Assembly: GCF_009193265.1 (NCBI RefSeq)
Contig: NZ_VZZZ01000002.1
Span: 89,824 to 121,823 of the forward strand
Direction: 5' to 3'
DNA: 32,000 bases
From: Marinobacter changyiensis
Lineage (GTDB): Bacteria; Pseudomonadota; Gammaproteobacteria; Pseudomonadales; Oleiphilaceae
Below are positions 9,889 to 18,100 of the stretch, piece by piece (position 1 is the stretch's first letter; each line of letters begins with the position of its first letter). The translations under genes were made by a program, and so were the position numbers. Below the pieces are notes generated by a model. That model was not told the origin of the DNA and did not search any database. It was given only the letters and a program-made list of their open reading frames with translations.

Positions 9889-10555
9889 GCATAACGCGGA
9901 CGATTTCAAGCAGACCGTGAACCTTGCCATCACCGGTGCCTCCGGTGCGCAATACGGCCTTCGCCTGCTTGAGTGTCTGGTGGCGGCTGACTGCCGCGTG
10001 CATGTGATGATCAGTCGTGCGGCCCAGGTGGTCATTGCAACAGAAACCGATCTGAAGCTGCCCGGCTCAGCGAAGGCGATGCAGGCTGCTTTCACCGAGC
10101 TGTATGGTGCCCGCCCGGGCCAGGTGCTGGTTTTCGGGCGGGAAGACTGGTTCGCTCCCCCGGCCTCTGGCTCCGGGATCAAGGCGCCGATGGTGGTGTG
10201 CCCCTGCAGCACAGGCACACTGTCAGCCTTGGCTACCGGTGCCAGTAATAACCTGATCGAACGGGCTGGAGATGTAGCCTTGAAGGAGCGGCGCCCGCTG
10301 ATCCTGGTACCCCGGGAAGCCCCATACTCCGAGGTACATCTCGATAACATGCTGCGCCTGACCCGTATGGGCGCCACGATCCTTCCGGCCAGTCCCGGGT
10401 TTTATCATAAACCGGAGAGTATCGAAGACCTGGTGGACTTTATTGTGGCCCGCCTGCTGGATCATCTGGGCTTCTCCCAGGACCTCATTCCACGCTGGGG
10501 GGAGGACCGAGTGGCCCGGAAAATCGCTGACGACCAGCCTCACGCACCAGACTGA
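9881..10555 (+). CDS. ubiX: Flavin prenyltransferase UbiX (UbiX/Pad1 family)
   Basis: [65 protein letters not shown] and [13 protein letters not shown] match the UbiX family. TTG 9881 overlaps the mpl stop codon by 8 nt, which suggests translational coupling. GTG 9917 (MNLAITG) is an alternative start. Confidence 0.88.
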   Translation: MAEHNADDFKQTVNLAITGASGAQYGLRLLECLVAADCRVHVMISRAAQVVIATETDLKLPGSAKAMQAAFTELYGARPGQVLVFGREDWFAPPASGSGIKAPMVVCPCSTGTLSALATGASNNLIERAGDVALKERRPLILVPREAPYSEVHLDNMLRLTRMGATILPASPGFYHKPESIEDLVDFIVARLLDHLGFSQDLIPRWGEDRVARKIADDQPHAPD

Positions 10556-10672
10556 CCAGGGTGGGTTGGTTTTGGTCACTGCAGATGATGCTTTTCACCA
10601 TTGAGCAAACCCGGCTACCCGCCGAGACTCTGGGGACGACAACGAAAAAACAGTCACCCGCAGAGGTATATC

Positions 10673-11812
10673 ATGATTCCACGCACACTCTTTGACGCCG
10701 ACCTGGATGGTTTCCGGGATTCTGTTCGCCGTTTCCTCGAACAGGAAGCGACTCCTCACCACGCCCAATGGGAAAAAGACGGTCAGGTCAGCCGCGAACT
10801 CTGGGAAAAGGCAGGCGCGTTGGGGTTCCTCTGTCCCATGTTGCCGGAAGAGTATGGTGGCGTCGGCGCGGATTTTCGTTACAGCGCCGTGATCATGGAA
10901 GAAGTCTCCCGAGCGGGCCTGTCTGGTATTGGCTGGACCCTGCACTCCGATATTGTGGCGCCCTATATTCTCAATTACGGCTCGGAAGCGCAGAAAAAGC
11001 ACTATCTGCCGAGGCTCGCGACCGGCGAAATGATCGGCGCCATTGCCATGACCGAACCCGGTGCCGGGTCAGACCTGCAGGGCGTTAAAAGCAACGCCAT
11101 CAAGCAGGGTGACCACTACGTTCTGAACGGCTCCAAAACGTTTATTACCAATGGCCAGATGGCTGATCTGGTGATTGTGGTGGCGAAGACCGATCCCAAG
11201 GAAGGCGCCAAGGGCACCAGTCTGTTTCTGGTTGAAGCCGCCTGGGAGGGCTTCGAAAAGGGCCAGAACCTGAACAAGGTGGGCATGAAAGCCCAGGATA
11301 CCTCCGAGCTTTTCTTTCAGGATGTAAGAATTCCTGTAACCCATTTGCTTGGCGGCCGCGAAGGCCAGGGTTTTTTCCAGCTTATGCAGGAATTGCCTGC
11401 CGAGCGTTTGCAGGTTGCCTTGACCGCGGTTGCCGCGGCGGAAGCTGCCTGGGGCTGGACCCTGGATTACGTCAAAGACCGCAAGGCCTTCGGCAAGCCG
11501 GTCATTGCCTTTCAGAATACCCGGTTCAAGATGGCAGAAATGAAAGCGGAGATAACCGCTGCGCGGGTGTTCACCGACCGCTGTCTGGAGTTGCACCTGG
11601 AGCGCAAACTGGACATCCCCACCGCGGCCATGCTGAAGCAGCTGACGACCGACCTGCAGTGCAAGGTGATGGACGAATGTGTCCAGTTACACGGTGGTTA
11701 CGGCTATATGTGGGAGTATCCCATCGCCCGGGCGTGGGCTGATTCACGGGTGCAGCGCATCTATGCCGGTACCAATGAAATCATGAAGGAGATTGTGGCG
11801 CGCTCGTTTTAA
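10673..11812 (+). CDS. Acyl-CoA dehydrogenase
   Basis: Typical ACAD layout and motifs are present (GAIAMTEPGAGSDL, FITNG, QLHGGYGYM, RIYAGTNEIMKEIVAR). ATG 10673 is preceded by AGAGG. The 24-codon upstream extension in the ORF track is Arg/Pro-rich and looks non-coding. Confidence 0.85.
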   Translation: MIPRTLFDADLDGFRDSVRRFLEQEATPHHAQWEKDGQVSRELWEKAGALGFLCPMLPEEYGGVGADFRYSAVIMEEVSRAGLSGIGWTLHSDIVAPYILNYGSEAQKKHYLPRLATGEMIGAIAMTEPGAGSDLQGVKSNAIKQGDHYVLNGSKTFITNGQMADLVIVVAKTDPKEGAKGTSLFLVEAAWEGFEKGQNLNKVGMKAQDTSELFFQDVRIPVTHLLGGREGQGFFQLMQELPAERLQVALTAVAAAEAAWGWTLDYVKDRKAFGKPVIAFQNTRFKMAEMKAEITAARVFTDRCLELHLERKLDIPTAAMLKQLTTDLQCKVMDECVQLHGGYGYMWEYPIARAWADSRVQRIYAGTNEIMKEIVARSF

Positions 11813-11830
11813 CGAGTAGCGGCACTTGCG

Positions 11831-11860
11831 GCCATTGCCCCGCTGCTCAGGGGTGATGGC
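11831..11860 (+). terminator. Stem-loop just after the acyl-CoA dehydrogenase stop; possible weak terminator
   Basis: gccattgcccc-gctgctca-ggggtgatggc folds into an 11-bp stem (two G.U pairs) with an 8-nt loop. The downstream tract (ctattactc) is only weakly T-rich, so intrinsic termination is uncertain. Confidence 0.35.
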
Positions 11861-12116
11861 CTATTACTCAAGTATACAAACTGCCAGGCCTGTCAAGGTT
11901 CCTGCCGGCTACATCTCTTTGGGTGTAGCACTTCGGGATGCCTCCACAATTCATCGTGGCAGGTGGCGGAATATTTCGCCATGGTCCGTCATTTTGGGCT
12001 AAATTACTTGAAAGGGGGACGCGTTTCAGAGGCGGTATTGCGATCTGAGCGCTTTCATGCGTTTTCCCTGCACCTAGTCATAGATATCACCGTTTTGCTG
12101 TCAGTACATAAACGGC

Positions 12117-12121
12117 GGAGG
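12117..12121 (+). promoter_or_regulatory. Shine-Dalgarno (GGAGG) for the TcB-TcC fusion gene
   Basis: GGAGG lies 8 nt upstream of ATG 12130. The alternative starts, GTG 12121 and ATG 12124, are too close to it or overlap it. Confidence 0.55.
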
Positions 12122-12129
12122 TGATGCCC

Positions 12130-15100
12130 ATGAGCAATAAATCAGGCACCTCAGAACAGGTCATTTCTCTACCCAACGGGGGTGGCGCTCAAAGTGGCAT
12201 TGGCGAAACCTTCTCGCCCGACCTGCACACCGGCACCGGCAACTTTACCGTGCCCATCGCTCTCCCACCCGGACGTAATGGTTTTCAACCGGAGCTAAAA
12301 CTGGTCTACAGCACCGGCAATGGCAACGGGCCCTTCGGGCTGGGCTGGAGTTTGAGCATTCCCGGAGTGAGCCGGGAGACCTCCAAAGGAATTCCCCGAT
12401 ACCAGGATGGAGCTCCGGAGCTGATGGACCGGGATGTCTTTATCCTGTCCGGTGCCGAAGGCCTGGTGCGTGTTTCAGAGCCGGCACCAGGGACGACTCG
12501 CTACCAACCCCGTACCGAGGGCCTGTTTGCCCGCATCGAACACCATCAGGATGTGAACAACGACTACTGGCGCGTGCGGAGCAAGGATGGCTTGATCTCG
12601 TGGTATGGGACCGAAGCGGCCCGGGAGCACGATCCGGCAACCGTGGCCGATCCCGACACTCCACGCCATGTCTTTAACTGGCGTTTGACCCGTACAGAAG
12701 ACGCCTTTGGCAATCGTATCGTCTACGACTACGAGCGCGATCGGGATACCGCCGGCCCCCACCATTGGGATCAGCTGTATCTGCATACCCTGCGCTATGC
12801 CGATTTTGGCCCGAATGATGCGCAACAGTTCCTTGTCTCCGTTACCTTTATCCATGAAGAGCGGCCCGATCCTTTTTCTGCTTACCGAGCCGGATTCGAG
12901 ATACGCACCCGCCGCCGCTGCACCAGAATCGAAGTCCGGACTCACGCCCATGAGGATTTGTTGGCGCGCACCTATGACCTGGTCTACCTGGATCAACGGC
13001 CGGAATTGGCTCATCTCCTGCCGTTGAACCGTGGCTCTTTGCTTAGCCAGGTGGTGGTGACCGGCCACACGGGGGACGCCGCCGAGCAACTACCATCACT
13101 TGAGTTCGGCTACACCCGTTTTGAGCCGGAGAATCGCAATTTCTTCCCGATTCAGGGGCCTGATTTGCCGGCTCGCTCTCTCGCCAGCCCCGACCTGGAA
13201 ACCGCCGACCTCTTCGGCAACGGCCTGCCCGATGTCTTGCAGATGAACGGCACGGTCCGCTACTGGCGCAACCTGGGCGACGGCCGTTTCGACCTCCCTC
13301 GCCAGATGCGCGACGCTCCGGCGGGTCTCTCGCTGGCCGATCCCGGCGTGCAACTCATCGACGCCGACGGAGACGGCCGGATCGACCTGCTCGCTACCGA
13401 CAACGGGCTGGCCGGATACTTTCCGCTGAACTTCGACGGCACCTGGAACCGACGCTCCTTCCGGCGTTACGATCTCGCTCCCAGCTTCAATCTGCAAGAT
13501 CCGGAGGTCGCGCTCGTCGACCTTGACGGCGATGGGGTTACCGACGCCGTCCGGTCCGGCAGCCGCCTGGAGTATTATTTCAACGACCCCCAGGAAGGCT
13601 GGAACGACACCCGCCGCGTCGCCCGCAGGTCCCTGGAGGCGTTCCCCGACGTCCACTTCGCCGACCCCCGCGTAAAGTGGGCAGACATGACGGGTGACGG
13701 CCTGCAAGACCTGCTCCTCGTCCACGACGGCAACGTCGAGTATTGGCCGAACCTGGGCTACGGTGATTGGGGCCGGCGTGTCCACATGCACAACAGCCCC
13801 CGCTTGCCCTATGGCTATGACCCGAGGCGCATCCTGATCGGTGATGTGGACGGCGACGGCCTGGCGGATCTGGTTTACGTCGACCACGGCAAGATTCTGC
13901 TCTGGATCAACCAGAGCGGCAACGGCTGGAGCGATCCCATCGAGATCGACGGTACGCCAGCCGTTACGGATATGGATGCCGTGCGTCTGGTGGACCTGCT
14001 GGGCGCGGGCATCAGCGGGGTGTTGTGGAGCGCGGACGCGCGGGCTCCGGGCCGAGACCACCTGCACTTCCTTGACTTTACGGGCGGCCTCAAGCCTTAC
14101 CTGCTGGCGGATATGGACAACCACATGGGCGCCGTGACCCGCGTCGAATATGCGCCGTCTACCCGTTTCTACCTGGCCGATCAGCAGAATCCCGACACGC
14201 GCTGGCAGACGCCGCTGCCGTTTCCGGTACAGGTCGTCGCCTGCGTGGAAATCATCGATCAGATTTCGAGGGGCAAGCTGACCACAGAATACCTCTATCA
14301 CCACGGCTATTGGGACGGAGCCGAGCGCGAGTTCCGCGGCTTCGGCATGGTGGAGCAGTTCGACACGGAAACTTTCGAGCACTATAACGCGCCGGGCCTC
14401 CACGGTGAGGCCTTTGATTTCTTCGGCGTCGATGAAGTCCATTACGCCCCGCCCATGCTTACGAAGACCTGGTTTCATCAGGGGCCCATCGGTGAGGAGT
14501 TCGGAGAATGGAACGAGGCGGATTACCACCACGAGTACTGGGCCGAAGACCCGCCCGTTCTGCAGCGCCCGCAATCGCTGACCGACCTCCTCAGCGGCCT
14601 GGAGCAACGACGTGACCGGCGCGATGCCCTGCGTACGCTGCGCGGATCGGTGTTGCGTACCGAGCTGTACGCCCTGGACGGCAGTGAGGATCGCGAAAAC
14701 CGCCCCTACACGGTGACTGAGGCGCAGTACAGCGTGCGGGAAGAATCCCCGCCCGGGGACGACCAGCTGGACCGCAAGCACATCTTCTTTTCCCATCCGG
14801 CGGCCCAGCGCACCACCCAATGGGAGCGAGGCGCTGATCCCATGACGCAACTCAGCTTTACCGACCAGTACGATGGCTACGGCCAGCCGCGCCGCCAGGT
14901 CGCCCTGGCCGTCCCGCGAGGGCGAGATTATCGCATGGCGGCCCCGGCCGGCGAGCCCTATCTGGGCGTCGTGACCAACACCAACTATGCCCAGCGCGAT
15001 GACAATGCCCACTATATGGTCAACCGCGTGGCCCGCACCACGGCCTTCGAGCTGCGTAACGATGGCAGCCCGAGCGCCTTTGCGCTATGGGATGCTGTGA

Positions 15101-18100
15101 GGGCGGGAACGGCCGACCTGAGCCTGATCGCACAAAGCTTCAGCTTCTATGATGGTGCGGCCTTTGAAGGGCTGCCCTTGGGTCAACTGGGCGATTTTGG
15201 CGCCTTGAGCCGCAGCGAAAGCCTGGTGCTGACCGAGGCCATTTTAGAGGATGTTTACCGGGATGATCATGGTGTACTGGCCATCCCGCCCTATCTCGAC
15301 CCGAACGGGCCACCGCTCTGGACAGCCGAGTATCCCCCGCCTTTTCGGGCCGGCAACCCCACCCTGGCGGGCTACGTCTTCCATGATGGGAGTGACGGCC
15401 TGCACCCGCGCGGTTTCTACGCGGGCGCTGGGCAACAGTATGATTTCCAGCTGAACCCGGCCACCGCTCGCGGGTTGCTGGTCGCCGATCGTGACCCGCT
15501 GGGGCGAGAGACAGTCATTAGCTATGATCCTTTCGACCTGCTGCCAGTAGCGGTGACCGACCCGGTCGGGCTGACTACCAGCGCCGGGTACGATTACCGG
15601 GCGATACAGCCGGAACGGGTGACCGATGCCAACGGCAACCGCATCGCCTTCGCCTATACTCCGCTAGGTCTATTGGCCAGCACGGCCGTTATGGGGAAAG
15701 AGGGCGAGACCGTGGGCGATACGCCGGCGGCGCCGGGCAAGCGACTCGAATACGACTTCCTCGCCTTCGAGGCGCGCGGCCAACCCGTCGCGGTGCGCAC
15801 GATTGCCCGCGAACACCACGCCACCGAAACCAATGTGCCCCTGCCCGAACGGGATGCCACCATTGAGACGGTTGAATATTCCGACGGCTTTGGCCGCCTG
15901 CTGCAAAGCCGCACCCAGGCTGAGGAGGTTCTCTTCGGCGACGTTCCCTTTGCCAACACCAACCTGCCGCTCGATCAGACCGCGTCAGGTGGCCCGGTCA
16001 TGGGCCAGCCGGCCGATCCCGTCAACCCTCGGGTGGTGGTCAGTGGCTGGCAGATTTACAATAACAAAGGGCAGGTGGTGGAGAAGTACGAGCCGTTCTT
16101 CGACCAGGGCTGGGCGTTCGAACCGCCGCAGGACGCCAGGTTGGGGCAATCCGTTCGCATGTTCTACGATCCACGGGGCCAGGTTATTCGCACCCTCAAC
16201 CCGGGCGGCTCGGAGCATCGGGTCATCTACGGGGCGCCACCGGAGCTGACTGATCCCGACCGGTTCGCGCCAACGCCGTGGGAAGCCTACACCTACGACG
16301 CCAACGATCTGGCTCCGCTGAGCGAGGGGCCGGGTCCGGACGGCGCCCTCGGCCCGCTCACCGACCGCGCCCCGGTTAGCCACCATTTTACCCCCGGCAG
16401 CATCCGCATTGATGCCCTGGGGCGGACGGTGGAAAGCATCCAGCGCAACCGAAGCGAGCCGGCCAACCCGGGCGACCCGCTGCCGCCAATCGAAGCGATT
16501 CGCACCCAGTTCCGCTACGACATTCGTGGCAACCTGCTGGTGGTGACCGATGCCCTGGATCGAGAAGCCTTTGTTTACGCCTACGATCTGGCCAATAACG
16601 CGCTGCGGGTAAACAGCATCGACGCCGGGCTGACCCGCACTGTGCTGGATGCGGCGGGTCGCCCGCTCGAGCAGCGCGACAGCAAAGGGACGCTGGCATT
16701 GAACGGCTCTGATGAATTCAACCGGCCCAACCGCATGTGGGTGCGTGACGGCCCGTCCCAGGCCGTCACGTTGCGCCAACGTCTGGTCTACGGCGACAGC
16801 GCCAGCTCCGGGCTGACCGAGGCTGAAGCCCGGGCGCGCAACTTGCTGGGCCAACTCGTTGAGCATTACGACGAAGCCGGGCAAATACAGGTGGCCAGAT
16901 ACGATTTCAAAGGTAATCTATTGGAAAGGACGCGCCGGGTCGTCAGCGACGCCGTTATTATCGCGGTGTTCGACGGCGCCGCTGCCAACCAGTGGCAGGT
17001 GCCGGCTTTTCGAATGGACTGGCAGCCGCCCGAAGGTCTCAGCCTCAAGGTCCACGCGGCAACAGTGCTCGATCCCCGCCCTTATACCACGACCATGCGT
17101 TACGACGCCCTCAACCGGGCGACCGAGGTCATTTACCCGGAGGATGTGATCGGCCAGCGGTCAGTGTTGGTGCCCGGCTATAACCGGTCCGGGGGGCTGG
17201 AGCAAGTGACGCTGAACAGCGAGACCTTTGTCGAGCAGATTGCCTACAACGCCAGAGGCCAGCGTACTTTGATCGCCTACGGTAACGGTGTGATGACCCG
17301 CTACGCCTACGACCCGCTGACCTTCCACCTGGGCCGCCTGCGCAGCGAGCACTATACGCAACCTGCAGACCACACGTACCTGCCTGCCGGCGCTCCGCTG
17401 CAGGATTTCGGATACGAGCACGATCTGGTGGGTAACATCACCGATATTCATGACCGCACGCCGGCGAGCGGTATCCCCGACACCCTGGTGGGCACGAACG
17501 CGCTGGATCGGGCCTTTACCTATGACGCCATCTACCAACTGCGGTCGGCCACGGGGCGGGAACAAGCCCTACCGCCGCCTGTGGCGCCATGGGGTGACTT
17601 TCCCAAGAGCCAGGACATGACCCTGGCCCGCGCCTACACCGAGCGCTATCGCTACGATGCGATGGGCAGTATGGAAGAGTTGCGGCACATCACCGACAGC
17701 GGCGGTTTTACACGGGATTTTATCCAGGACGCAGGGAGCAACCGGCTGGTACAGATGACCCTCGGTCAGGTGGACTTCGCCTACACTTTCGACCCCAGCG
17801 GCAATATGACCGGCGAAACCACCTCGCGCCACTTCGAGTGGAATCACAGCAATCAGATGCGGGTCTACCGCACCCAGACCGCGGGCGCAGAGCCGTCGAT
17901 TTACGCTCACTACCTTTACGATTCGGCCGGGATACGGGTCAAGAAGCTGGTGCGTCGGCAAGGTGGTGCGGTGAATACGACCGTTTATATCGATGGGATA
18001 CTTGAACACCACGCCGAAGGCGGCACCGAGAACAACAGCTTGCACGTCATGGACGACCAGCAGCGCATCGCCCTGGTGCGGGTCGGCCCGGCTTTCCCCG

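Noticed and set aside
11941-11981. Possible tRNA-Leu fragment or att copy at the left junction (cctccaca, aggtggcggaat and atttcgcca resemble pieces of the tRNA-Leu sequence)
   Set aside because: The matches are only 8-12 nt long. They are in inconsistent orientation and spacing relative to the tRNA and do not include the tRNA 3' end that att sites normally duplicate. They are most likely chance.
13096-15012. 638-aa antisense ORF inside the BC gene. Similar long antisense ORFs occur at 12475-13089, 15985-16884, 17569-18927 and 18955-19857.
   Set aside because: They lie opposite a GC-rich gene whose sense frame has unmistakable SpvB/FG-GAP/RHS motifs. Their translations are Arg/Ala/Gly/Val/His-rich low-information sequence with no motifs. 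Long stop-free antisense frames are expected at this GC content.
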